From the NCBI GenBank assembly GCA_963753345.1, contig CAVWBU010000019.1:32001-96000 (forward strand): 64,000 nucleotides of DNA. The letters are read 5' to 3'. Positions 1 to 10,121 of the stretch are shown one piece after another (position 1 is the first letter of the stretch; every line of letters starts with the position of its first letter). The DNA is from an uncultured Fibrobacterota bacterium. Its GTDB lineage: Bacteria; Fibrobacterota; Chitinivibrionia; Chitinivibrionales; FEN-1185. The position numbers and the translations under genes were made by a program. The notes under the pieces are model-generated. The model was not told the DNA's origin, ran no database searches, and was given only the letters and a program-made list of their open reading frames with translations.

Positions 1-966
1 TCGAACAACCTTTTTAACATTCTGGACCTGGGAGCCGGCGTTTCGTTTCAAAGGCTGATGTCGGTCAACGAGTTGCTTACGACTCCCCACACGGGGGATA
101 GTGTTTCATATCTTGACCAGAATGCGCAGACACAATACTATACGTTTGCATCCACCAAAATCATGGGTCGCGCCGCGATCAGTCCTCTCAGGTTCGTACC
201 GCAATTCAAGATTCCGCCTTCCTTTATTTTCGGCGAGCATTCGTTCTTCGGAAAGCAGGATCTTAAGGTCTATGGCGAGGTCGCGGTCCTGGGCACGCAA
301 GACTATGTGAAATACGGTTCTTTTGCCCGGGTAGGCTCCATAGACCCAAACACGGGCGACTCCGTTTACACAAACGTGCCTGGAACCGGAACTCCGCTGC
401 CGGATTCCCTCAATTTTTATAACAATATCAAAGACAGAATGCCAATGATGCTCGGCATTGATTTGCCCACAACCCCGCTGCTGGCCTATGGCGTTCTTCC
501 TTTTCTCCTCACCAAATGGCTTTACGATGAAACTGGTTCGGACATCCGGCAACTTGCATGGGTGACGCTCGTTCCCGCGCTCGCAAGCGGTGTGGCCGAG
601 CATTTCCTGGGCTGGGACATGGGGCTCGACGAATTCTCGCTGGAATTCGAATGGTTCAGCCAGAAATATACCAACAGCGACAGGCATCAAATAAACCCGG
701 AGGATGGGGGAGGTCATGGCGGCATACCGATACCTTATACCAACGACACATGGAATGCGGCCAATTTGGGCAAGGCGGAACCGACAAAGTATTCCTTGTA
801 TTTCAAGAAGGCGTTCCTCGACAGATTCGCGATTTCCGGAATTGTCGGGCGGGACCATATGCGTCCGGCATCAGTAGGCGTTCCGCCATCCATCCAGCAG
901 ACCGACGATTTTCTGAAGACGAGGGAGAACTGGTACTGGATGCTCAGACTGTCGTCTAATTTCTGA
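1..966 (+). CDS. Hypothetical protein, 5'-truncated by window edge; possibly outer-membrane
   Basis: Frame is open from base 1 to the stop at 966. Aromatic-rich C-terminus ending in Phe (WYWMLRLSSNF), followed by a terminator. Confidence 0.6.
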   Translation, partial: SNNLFNILDLGAGVSFQRLMSVNELLTTPHTGDSVSYLDQNAQTQYYTFASTKIMGRAAISPLRFVPQFKIPPSFIFGEHSFFGKQDLKVYGEVAVLGTQDYVKYGSFARVGSIDPNTGDSVYTNVPGTGTPLPDSLNFYNNIKDRMPMMLGIDLPTTPLLAYGVLPFLLTKWLYDETGSDIRQLAWVTLVPALASGVAEHFLGWDMGLDEFSLEFEWFSQKYTNSDRHQINPEDGGGHGGIPIPYTNDTWNAANLGKAEPTKYSLYFKKAFLDRFAISGIVGRDHMRPASVGVPPSIQQTDDFLKTRENWYWMLRLSSNF

Positions 967-1030
967 CCGGAACAAACTTTGCGCCGGGAAGCGACCAGGC
1001 GGACCGGTGCTCCCCCGTGCAATAGTTCAA

Positions 1031-1064
1031 AGGCCGGCATCAATCAGCCGGCCTTTTTTATTTT
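1031..1064 (+). terminator. Rho-independent terminator
   Basis: AGGCCGGC-atcaatca-GCCGGCCT hairpin followed by a T tract. Confidence 0.75.
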
Positions 1065-1356
1065 CAGAGCGTGCGGCGGATCATTCGCGCCCACGGCACT
1101 CATTTATTTCCAGCTACCACGAATGAAGATTCGTAGCTGTGCCTACGGCCGTGATTTTAAGAGAAACCCCCGCCTATGGCGGGGGAGCTGGACGGCTACG
1201 TAACGGCACAGGTGCCGTTTCTTTTTTTCGCGGCCTTATGGGCCGCTTCAAAAAAGCCACCGCCTATGGCGGTGGTCGTTTACTATTTTGTAACGGGGAA
1301 ACACGTACGCCATAAGACTCTGTTTCTGGAATCGTCACGAAAGGATCCTTTCGATC

Positions 1357-3123
1357 GTGGATAGGAAAGGCATAACCGCAAGGGCGGAAGAATACGTTCG
1401 GCTCGAACAAGACCCTTTCTTCCGGAACCAGGTGGAAGCCCTCCTTGCGAAAAAGGACTTTATTGAGCTTTCCGACCGGTTCTACATCGACCTCGAGTTC
1501 GGCACGGGCGGCATACGCGGGGTTATCGGCGGCGGATACAACCGGCTTAACCCGCTTGTCATACGCAAAACCACGCAGGGACTTGCCAACTACATCAAGA
1601 AAACCGTTGCGCCGGACAATGCGTCGGTCGCCATCGCCTACGATTCCCGCAACTATTCCGACGCATTCGCGCTCGATGCGGCGCTGGTGCTGGCAGCGAG
1701 TGGCATCAGAGCGTATCTGTACACGTCGCTCCGGTCCACGCCGCAGTTGTCCTTTACGGTGCGCAAGCTCGGGGCAACGGCCGGCATCGTGATCACGGCG
1801 AGCCACAATCCGGCCGAGTACAACGGTTACAAAGTGTACTGGAGCGACGGCGGGCAGATTGTTCCGCCGCACGACACGGGCATCGTGAACGAGGTCCGCG
1901 CGGTGCGCGGACCGGGAATCGCCTGTTTGACAAAAGACGAAGCGCTTGCAAAGGGGCTCCTGGTTCCGATCGACAGGGACATGGATGTCGCATTCATCGG
2001 CATGGTCAAGGCGTGCGTGCTGCGGCCCGAACTGGTGCGTGCGCAGGGGGCGCGGCTCAAGGTGGTCTACACGCCGCTGCATGGAACCGGCGCGATCCCG
2101 GTGGCACAGGCGCTTTCGGACATGGGAATTGTCGTGACGTTTGTTGAGCAGCAGCGGAAGCCGGACGGCAATTTCCCCACCGTGGCGTTTCCCAACCCCG
2201 AAGAGGCCGCGGCCATGAAGCTGGCGCTCGACCTTGCGAAAAGTGAAAAGGCCCACCTGGTGCTGGCCACCGATCCTGACGCCGACCGCCTGGGAATTGC
2301 CGTGCCCGACGGCTCGGGCGGTTTCACGCTCCTTTCGGGCAACCAGCTCGGCGCGCTCCTGCTCGACTACATTCTCTTGAGCCGCCGGGAGCTGGGCACC
2401 CTGCCGGCCCGGGGCGCATATGTAAAGTCGATCGTCACCACGGAACTCGGCCGGCTCATCGCCGAGGACCATGGCGTGGCATGCTTCGACGTGCTCACCG
2501 GCTTCAAGTACATCGGCGAGAAGATGCGCGAATTCGAATCACAAAACGACGGTTACCGTTACGTTTTCGGCACCGAGGAGAGCTACGGGTTTCTCGTCAA
2601 CACGAGCGTGCGCGACAAGGACGCGGTGTCGGCCGCGGTCGTCACGGCCGAGATGACCCTGTACCACCTGTCGCAAGGCAGATCGCTGCTCGACAGGCTT
2701 TCCATGCTCTACGAACAATACGGCTTTTTCCAGGAGACGCAGGTGTCGCGGTATTTCAAGGGCGAGTCCGGCCTTTCGACAATGGCCGCGCTCATGGCGC
2801 GGCTGCGCAAAGCGCCGCCCGCGGCAATCGGCGGCGGGAAAGTCGGTTTTGTAAAGGACTACCGCGACGGCACGGTGCTCGACACGGCCAGCGGGGAGAG
2901 AAAGAAGTCGATTGGCCTTCCGTCGTCCGATGTCGTGCAGTTCGTGTGCGACGACGGGTCGGTTGTCACGGCGCGGCCCTCGGGCACCGAGCCGAAGATC
3001 AAGTTCTACGCCTCGTGCCGGGGCGCGGCCGGCGTCCCGCTTGCGCAGTCCCGGCCGCAAACGGCCGCGAAGATCGAGGCCATCCGCGCCCAACTAACCA
3101 CCCTTGTCGACGGAGGCAACTGA
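1357..3123 (+). CDS. pgm: Phosphoglucomutase/phosphomannomutase
   Basis: FGTGGIRG, TASHNP phosphoserine loop, DPDADR metal site, GTEES, RPSGTEPKIK. Confidence 0.93.
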   Translation: MDRKGITARAEEYVRLEQDPFFRNQVEALLAKKDFIELSDRFYIDLEFGTGGIRGVIGGGYNRLNPLVIRKTTQGLANYIKKTVAPDNASVAIAYDSRNYSDAFALDAALVLAASGIRAYLYTSLRSTPQLSFTVRKLGATAGIVITASHNPAEYNGYKVYWSDGGQIVPPHDTGIVNEVRAVRGPGIACLTKDEALAKGLLVPIDRDMDVAFIGMVKACVLRPELVRAQGARLKVVYTPLHGTGAIPVAQALSDMGIVVTFVEQQRKPDGNFPTVAFPNPEEAAAMKLALDLAKSEKAHLVLATDPDADRLGIAVPDGSGGFTLLSGNQLGALLLDYILLSRRELGTLPARGAYVKSIVTTELGRLIAEDHGVACFDVLTGFKYIGEKMREFESQNDGYRYVFGTEESYGFLVNTSVRDKDAVSAAVVTAEMTLYHLSQGRSLLDRLSMLYEQYGFFQETQVSRYFKGESGLSTMAALMARLRKAPPAAIGGGKVGFVKDYRDGTVLDTASGERKKSIGLPSSDVVQFVCDDGSVVTARPSGTEPKIKFYASCRGAAGVPLAQSRPQTAAKIEAIRAQLTTLVDGGN

Positions 3124-4763
3124 TGCCCGACACCAGAAAAATTCCCGCGGTTACTGCACCGGCGGAATCGTCGGCGGCCCAAGCCGACCCGTTCGTGGGG
3201 TCCACCATCGGCAACTGCCAGATCATCGAGAAGATCAACGAGGGCGGCACCGCGTTCATTTACAAAGCGCACAACATTCCCTTCGACCTCGACAGGGTGG
3301 TGAAAATTCTCAAACCGTCGCTCAAGGACGAAGAGGACTTCTTCATCCGCTTCCGGCAGGAGGCGCAGCTCACCGCGAGGCTCGACCATCCCAACGTCCT
3401 TCGCGTGTTCGACACGGGCGAGGTCAACGGCTATTTCTACATGGAGATGGAGTACATCACCGGCCAGACCCTGCGCGAGTTCATGATCTCCAACTCCAAG
3501 ATCGGCGAGCGCGACATCCTGTCGATCGCGCTGCAGATCACCAAGGCCCTCGAATACGCGCACGGCGTCGAGATGACTGGCCCTTCCGGCGAAATCATCC
3601 ACGGCATCCTGCACCGCGACATCAAGCCGGAGAACATCATGATCACGCCGGGGAAGCTGGTGAAGCTCATGGACTTCGGCGCGGCGCGGCCCCTCAACAT
3701 CACGAGCGACACCATGCAGGGGATGATCGTGGGGACGTTCCATTATATGTCGCCTGAACAGTTGTCGGGCGGCAAGCTTGACGTGCGCAGCGACTTCTTC
3801 TCGCTTGGCATCGTGATGTACGAGCTGTGCACCAACCGGAAGCCGTTTATGGGCGAGAACCTCACCGCTCTCATCCAGTCCATCAACGACTGCCGCTACA
3901 CCCCGGTGAAGAAGCTGCGGCAGTCGACGTCCTCGCTCACCGAGGAGCTCATCGACAAACTGCTTTCCAAAGACCCGGATCACCGGCCGTCAACGGAAAA
4001 GGAGATCATCGAGGACCTGCAGGTCTGCATCCAGTCATACTCGACCTGGGGCATCGGCAAAAAGATGAAAGTGCCGTTTTCGTTCAAGCGGCAGTTCGGC
4101 ACGATCGCCTTTGTGGTTTCACTGGTTGCGCTTGCGCTGTCGGCGCTTGCGTTTTACCGCGTCTTTTTTACCGATTTGTCCGCACCGCGGTTCTCGCAGT
4201 CGGCCGCCGTGCCGCTTCTCGAACGGGGAAAGCTTGACGAACGGGAGGGCCGGTGGGACGAGGCCGCCGCCGCGTACCGGATGGTGCCGTCGCTGGATAA
4301 CGGCGGGCTGGCAAACGAATACCTCGAAGCGCAGATCCGTCTTGCCGCCATCTATCTCAAGCACACCAAGCAGTACGACCGCGCCCGCAGGATGCTCGAG
4401 CGCCTGCGCATGCAGTTTTCCGATCCCGCAATCGACGCGTATCTGGGCGAGGCGTACTACTGGCTCGGCATGTTCGACGAAGCGAAGCTGCGCTTCGAGG
4501 CGTCGCTCGGCTCGCAGGCTGGCTCGGTGATCCTTCTGAACCAGGATTTCAAACGCGAAGTCCTCTTCTTTCAGGCCTCCGCGCTCGACAAGAAGGCCGG
4601 CCTTAATAACTATGTACCCGCCGCGCTCATGGAGGCCCAGAAGGCGTGGAACTACTACGTGGAGTACTCCGGCTGCGCAACACGGCCCGGCGACGACCAG
4701 TGCGCCTACGCGAGAAAGCGGCTCAATGATCTTGACAAAATCGACCACGACCGCGCGCGGTAG
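3123..4763 (+). CDS. Hanks-type Ser/Thr protein kinase with TM helix and C-terminal TPR-like region
   Basis: ATG overlaps the pgm stop (TGATG). VVKIL, HRDIKPEN, DFG and GTFHYMSPEQ motifs; hydrophobic segment IAFVVSLVALALSALAFY; then helical TPR-like repeats. Confidence 0.9.
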   Translation: MPDTRKIPAVTAPAESSAAQADPFVGSTIGNCQIIEKINEGGTAFIYKAHNIPFDLDRVVKILKPSLKDEEDFFIRFRQEAQLTARLDHPNVLRVFDTGEVNGYFYMEMEYITGQTLREFMISNSKIGERDILSIALQITKALEYAHGVEMTGPSGEIIHGILHRDIKPENIMITPGKLVKLMDFGAARPLNITSDTMQGMIVGTFHYMSPEQLSGGKLDVRSDFFSLGIVMYELCTNRKPFMGENLTALIQSINDCRYTPVKKLRQSTSSLTEELIDKLLSKDPDHRPSTEKEIIEDLQVCIQSYSTWGIGKKMKVPFSFKRQFGTIAFVVSLVALALSALAFYRVFFTDLSAPRFSQSAAVPLLERGKLDEREGRWDEAAAAYRMVPSLDNGGLANEYLEAQIRLAAIYLKHTKQYDRARRMLERLRMQFSDPAIDAYLGEAYYWLGMFDEAKLRFEASLGSQAGSVILLNQDFKREVLFFQASALDKKAGLNNYVPAALMEAQKAWNYYVEYSGCATRPGDDQCAYARKRLNDLDKIDHDRAR

Positions 4764-4772
4764 CGCCCTCGC

Positions 4773-5606
4773 ATGAAGACCGTTGCGGTGCTCAACCACA
4801 AGGGCGGCGTGGGCAAGACCACGTTTGCGGGCTGCACCGCGCAGGCGCTGTCGCTGGTGGGGTTCCGGGTGCTTGCCGTCGACAACGACAGCCAGCACAA
4901 CCTTTCCACCATGCTCGGCACGGGCGCCTGCTCTCCCTCCATCCGCGACGTGTACCGCGGCCCGGTGGAAACCGCGCCGGCGATGTTCCTGCGCGCCATC
5001 CGCCAGACCGGTCTTCCGAACCTGCACATCGTCACCTCATCACGCGAGCTGTGCGACGCCGATGTGCCCAACGTGCGCTTCATGCGGCAGGTTCTTGACG
5101 CATGCGACCTTGGCCGCTTCTACGATTACGTTCTTGTCGACAACGCGCCGGGCATGGACCGGCTCCAGATGTCCTCGGTGTATGCGTGCTCCGAGATCTT
5201 TGTTCCCACCGAGCTCGGGCAGTTCGCCGTTGACGGCATCGTCGAAATGGCGAAAATGCTTGCCACCGAGCACCCGTTCGGCGGCAGAATAACCAGGATA
5301 ATCCCGAATTTCTACCGCGACACCAGACGCCACAACAGTTTCCTTGCCGCTCTGCGCCGCCTTTTTCCCGGCATGGTGACGCAGACGGCTATCCCCGCGG
5401 ACCCGGTGTTCGACGAGCTTGTCACCGAGGGAAAAATCCTGTTTCTCCACCGCCTGGCCTCGCGCGGGGCCGCGTACTACCTCAAATTGATTCATGAGTT
5501 GTTTGACCTGAGCGAAGAGAAAGTGTGGAGCATGGTGCTTGCGAAAAGGGATGAGAAGAGGAGTGAGGAGGCGCGGTCGCGGTTTAAGGGGTTTCAAAAA
5601 TCGTGA
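4773..5606 (+). CDS. ParA/Soj family ATPase (no parB nearby)
   Basis: Deviant Walker A KGGVGKTT; DNDSQ; YDYVLVDNAP. Confidence 0.88.
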   Translation: MKTVAVLNHKGGVGKTTFAGCTAQALSLVGFRVLAVDNDSQHNLSTMLGTGACSPSIRDVYRGPVETAPAMFLRAIRQTGLPNLHIVTSSRELCDADVPNVRFMRQVLDACDLGRFYDYVLVDNAPGMDRLQMSSVYACSEIFVPTELGQFAVDGIVEMAKMLATEHPFGGRITRIIPNFYRDTRRHNSFLAALRRLFPGMVTQTAIPADPVFDELVTEGKILFLHRLASRGAAYYLKLIHELFDLSEEKVWSMVLAKRDEKRSEEARSRFKGFQKS

Positions 5607-5720
5607 GGAAGCCGACCACCTGACCCGGCCGGTTACGCAAATTCCAGTGAACCTTTCCCCCTGTTTCCGCGACTATCCCTTTGGAATCGGAGAGACGATT
5701 CCCTGTAAAATGGTTGGGAA

Positions 5721-5755
5721 GGGCTGCCGTGGTGGATGGCGGCCCTTTCTTGTTT
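5721..5755 (+). terminator. Probable terminator
   Basis: GGGCTGCCGT-ggtgg-ATGGCGGCCC hairpin followed by TTTCTTGTTTT. Confidence 0.55.
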
Positions 5756-5787
5756 TGCGGATAAAGCGGAAAACCCCGCGCGAAGGA

Positions 5788-5816
5788 TTGACAAGAAGAC
5801 CGATACGCCTTATTTT
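5788..5816 (+). promoter_or_regulatory. Sigma70-type promoter
   Basis: TTGACA-17 nt-TATTTT upstream of the small ORF at 5894. Confidence 0.5.
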
Positions 5817-5893
5817 TGAAGGGTGGCGGTTCCGGAGAGAAGTGGCGGGCGGCAAAGGGTTCATCAACAGGTCGGTACGACAAAAGGGGCATC

Positions 5894-6167
5894 ATGAGCG
5901 ACAACGAATTAAGAGAACACCTGACCAATCTTCATCAGGAACTCAAGAACGTCGAAGTTGTTGATGAAGAATCACAGAAACTTCTCGAAACTATCCATTC
6001 AGATGTGCAGATGCTGCTGGCGCATAACGGCAGCGCGCCCTCCGAACACCACGCACCGGCGCGGGACCGCCTCGCCGAATCGGCGCGCCATTTCGACATT
6101 TCGCACCCGCAAGCTGGCAGCCACCATCCGCACCGTTGTCCACACGCTCAACAACATGGGGATCTAA
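5894..6167 (+). CDS. DUF4404-like small helical protein (apparent +1 frameshift near 6110)
   Basis: MSDNELREHLTNLHQEL...FDISHP continues in the +1 frame as KLAATIRTVVHTLNNMGI, the typical family C-terminus. Confidence 0.75.
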
Positions 6168-6356
6168 AGCACCCTGCTTGGAATCGTGCTCGGACCATCG
6201 GATTAGTTTGAGTACCTGTCGCGCCGATTGCCGGCATGGGCGCGAAATATCTCCTGTCGAATTGCATTATAAGTATTGAAATAATACCTCTTTCTTCGTA
6301 AATTATAAGGTGAGGGGCGGGCTGCTGCTTGGTGTACCATTAACCGGAGGCGCCTG

Positions 6357-7490
6357 ATGAGAAATGCGGGAGCAGGAATTGTTGGGGTTTTCGCATGTGC
6401 TTTGCTGTTTTCGCAGGCTGTTTTTGCTGCGGAGAATGCGGTGAAGGTGGTCACGCCGAAGAAAGGCATTGCCGCGGCCAAGTTCGGCCCCGACAAGATC
6501 GCTACGGCGGATGCGAGCTGGTACTACGACTGGAGGAACACTCCGAATTCGGGGACAGCTCCCGCGGGAAAACCGGTGGAGTACGTGCCCATGCTGTCCA
6601 ACGCGGGCGCGGTTACCACTCAGAACATTGCTGCGCTGACAACCGCAAAGAACAACGGCACCTACAAATATCTGCTTGGCTTCAACGAGCCGGATCTTGG
6701 AAGCCAGGCGAACATGACCGTGGCACAGGCCATAAACCTGTGGCCCCAGCTTATGGCCACAGGACTCACCCTCGGCAGTCCTGCGCCTTCGTACCCAAAC
6801 GCTTGGTTCGACAGCTTTATGACCCAGGCTGCCGCCAAAAAGTACACGGTAGACTTTATTTGCCTCCACTACTATGCGCCGCCCAATGCGGCGAACGCGG
6901 TGTCGGCCCTTCAGACGTTTCTCACCAACGCCTATGCCAAGTACAAGAAACCAATCTGGCTCACCGAGTTCGGCGCGCCGGACTGCAAAACGCTCGGTTG
7001 GTGCGGAAGCAATGCAGCGGCGCTCACCCAGGCGCAGGTCGACGCCTTTGTGCCGCAGGTCATTGCCATGCTCGAAGACCTTGCCTGCGTCCAGAGGTAT
7101 GCGTGGTTCGTGGACGCGTCACAGGCGGGTTTTGAACTGTCGGCCGTCTTTAACAGTGATGGTTCCCTCACGCAGACCGGCATAGACCTGCGTGACGCGC
7201 ACGGCACCGCGTCCGTGCAGACCTACAGCCCTGTATTCACGCGGGCGGCCGCAAGCCCCATCGTGCGCATCCGGGCCGACAAAAAAATCGCCGGCGTCCT
7301 TCCTGCAAATCCGACTTCGTACCGCTTCAGCCTTTACAACCCGGCAGGACGGCTCGTCGCCTCGTCCGCAGGCACCGGCTCGGGCGAGACTGTTTTCGAC
7401 CCTTCCGCGGCAAGATTGACAAGAGGTACATTCATCGCCAGGCTGGAATACGGCGGCATTGCGAGGCAGGCGAGGGTCGTGGTGGAGTAA
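6357..7490 (+). CDS. Secreted GH128-like glycoside hydrolase (beta-1,3-glucanase family) with C-terminal sorting-type tail
   Basis: Signal peptide; WYYDW, GFNEPD and KPIWLTEFG catalytic motifs; tail FSLYNPAGRLV...GTFIARL. Confidence 0.85.
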   Translation: MRNAGAGIVGVFACALLFSQAVFAAENAVKVVTPKKGIAAAKFGPDKIATADASWYYDWRNTPNSGTAPAGKPVEYVPMLSNAGAVTTQNIAALTTAKNNGTYKYLLGFNEPDLGSQANMTVAQAINLWPQLMATGLTLGSPAPSYPNAWFDSFMTQAAAKKYTVDFICLHYYAPPNAANAVSALQTFLTNAYAKYKKPIWLTEFGAPDCKTLGWCGSNAAALTQAQVDAFVPQVIAMLEDLACVQRYAWFVDASQAGFELSAVFNSDGSLTQTGIDLRDAHGTASVQTYSPVFTRAAASPIVRIRADKKIAGVLPANPTSYRFSLYNPAGRLVASSAGTGSGETVFDPSAARLTRGTFIARLEYGGIARQARVVVE

Positions 7491-7513
7491 CGAGAAGCAG
7501 TTTGATACGAAAT

Positions 7514-7550
7514 GACGGTCGCTCGGTATAAGGCGGCCGTTTTTTTTATT
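7514..7550 (+). terminator. Terminator between convergent genes
   Basis: GACGGTCGC...GCGGCCGTT hairpin followed by a T tract. Confidence 0.6.
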
Positions 7551-7633
7551 TGCGAATGCGGCAGATCGGGAGTGTCCCGACTCTGCGCTTTGTTGCATTC
7601 CTTTCTGTGAAGTGAACTGAATTTGCCGTGCTC

Positions 7634-8452
7634 CTACTCCCAATCCCGCGTCTTCTCGGACAGCTCCACCAACCGCGGCACGTTCCTTATGAACTCCTTC
7701 ACCGGAATTGTATTGTCCGCGTCGCAGAGCGCCTTGTCCGGGTGCGGGTGAATTTCGAAGAAAAGTCCGTCTACGCCCATGCACACGGCCGCGCGGGCGA
7801 GCGGCATTGCAAGGTCGCGGTTTCCGGATGAGCGCCCCTTTGCGCCGCCCGGCATCTGCACGCTGTGGGTAGCGTCGAAAATCACGGGCACGCCGAAGCT
7901 CTTTAGCACCGGGATGCCGGAGAAATCCACCACAAGCCTGTTGTAGCCGAACACGGTTCCACGTTCGGTGAGCCAGGCCTTTTTGCCCGCTTTTTCCAGC
8001 GAATATTTCATGTCGTGCGGGGCCATGAACTGTCCTTTCTTGACATTCACGAATTTCCCCGTGCGTGCCGCGGCGACCAGCAGGTCGGTCTGCCTGCACA
8101 AAAACGCTGGAATCTGGAGAATGTCCACGACTTGGGCCGCCTCTTTTGCCTCGGCCGGAGAATGAATGTCCGTTAAAATCGGCAGGCCTGTTTTCGATTT
8201 CACCTTTTCCAGAATTGCGAGACCCTTTTTCATTCCCAGGCCCCTGAACGACGAGCGCGAGGTGCGGTTCGCCTTGTCGTAGGAGGCCTTGAAGATGATT
8301 ACGGCATTCTCCTGTGAGGCCAGCGTTGCCAGCGTTTCCGCAATGTCAAGGCAGAGGCGTTCGGACTCGATGACACAGGGGCCGGCGACGAAGAAGAGGT
8401 TTTTCTTGGTAGATGGGCCGGATTTGAAGGGATAGGAGAGGGGAAGAGGCAT
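7634..8452 (-). CDS. kdsA: KDO 8-phosphate synthase
   Basis: AGPCVIES, KASYDKANRTS, QIPAFLCRQTDL, KKGQF and DATHSVQ motifs. Confidence 0.95.
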   Translation of the reverse strand: MPLPLSYPFKSGPSTKKNLFFVAGPCVIESERLCLDIAETLATLASQENAVIIFKASYDKANRTSRSSFRGLGMKKGLAILEKVKSKTGLPILTDIHSPAEAKEAAQVVDILQIPAFLCRQTDLLVAAARTGKFVNVKKGQFMAPHDMKYSLEKAGKKAWLTERGTVFGYNRLVVDFSGIPVLKSFGVPVIFDATHSVQMPGGAKGRSSGNRDLAMPLARAAVCMGVDGLFFEIHPHPDKALCDADNTIPVKEFIRNVPRLVELSEKTRDWE

Positions 8453-8465
8453 GTTAGATCCCTGG

Positions 8466-8493
8466 TTGAAAGTTAAAAGTTGAAAGTTGAAAG
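8466..8493 (+). repeat. Heptamer tandem repeat (AGTTGAA)n
   Basis: gttgaa agttaaa agttgaa agttgaa. Confidence 0.7.
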
Positions 8494-8521
8494 GATAAAC
8501 ATTGAGTTTGTTTGTTTACGC

Positions 8522-8775
8522 AATGCGACCTCACCCCTGCCCCTCTCCGCTAGGAGAGGGGGCTTTAAGTAGAAAGCTGCGATCCTTCAAGTGCCTTTGC
8601 ATTTCTTGTCTCGATTCCACTTCCGCTCGTGGGTGCCGCCACAACAATGTATGGTCTTGCAGCTGCTTTATCAAGGCGGCCACCCAGGAGGGGGTAGCGG
8701 AGGAACGGACGCGCATTAGGGATGCTGGTTTGTAAACCGGCGCGGCCGGGCCGCAGCGAGGGGGATACTTCCCCC
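8522..8775 (+). repeat. Composite dispersed repeat: module E (REP-like CCCTCTCC..GGAGAGGG) + spacer + module A
   Basis: Colinear with 38318-38584. Module A core GGGTGCC..CACCCAGGAGGGGGTAGCGGAGGA..GCGAGGGGGA..TTCCCCC recurs at 26.5, 38.4, 53.9 and 57.5 kb. Confidence 0.85.
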
Positions 8776-8835
8776 TTTAACAAATTCTTTTCTAGAAAAA
8801 ATTCACAAAGAACCGAGGCATTAAAGCCCGAAAAC

Positions 8836-8865
8836 TTGACTGTCCAATCTCAGCCAAAGTATATT
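8836..8865 (+). promoter_or_regulatory. Probable gap operon promoter
   Basis: TTGACT-18 nt-TATATT. Confidence 0.5.
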
Positions 8866-8971
8866 TTGTAGCCTTCTTTGGAAAGCAAAAAGCACTGCAA
8901 ATTCATCCGCTTTCCAGAATACAAAATAGCTAATTCGAAACAGACAGAACACATAACTTTTAACCTTCTAG

Positions 8972-10048
<1,077 letters not shown>

Positions 10049-10121
10049 ACGGCGCATTGCCACGTTACACATTTACGGGAACGGAAAAAACTCCGTTCCC
10101 GCATGCTTTCGGGAGGAACAA

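Noticed and set aside
8791-8808. Rex site upstream of gap (TCTAGAAAAAATTCACAA)
   Set aside because: Only one good half-site; the left arm has three mismatches
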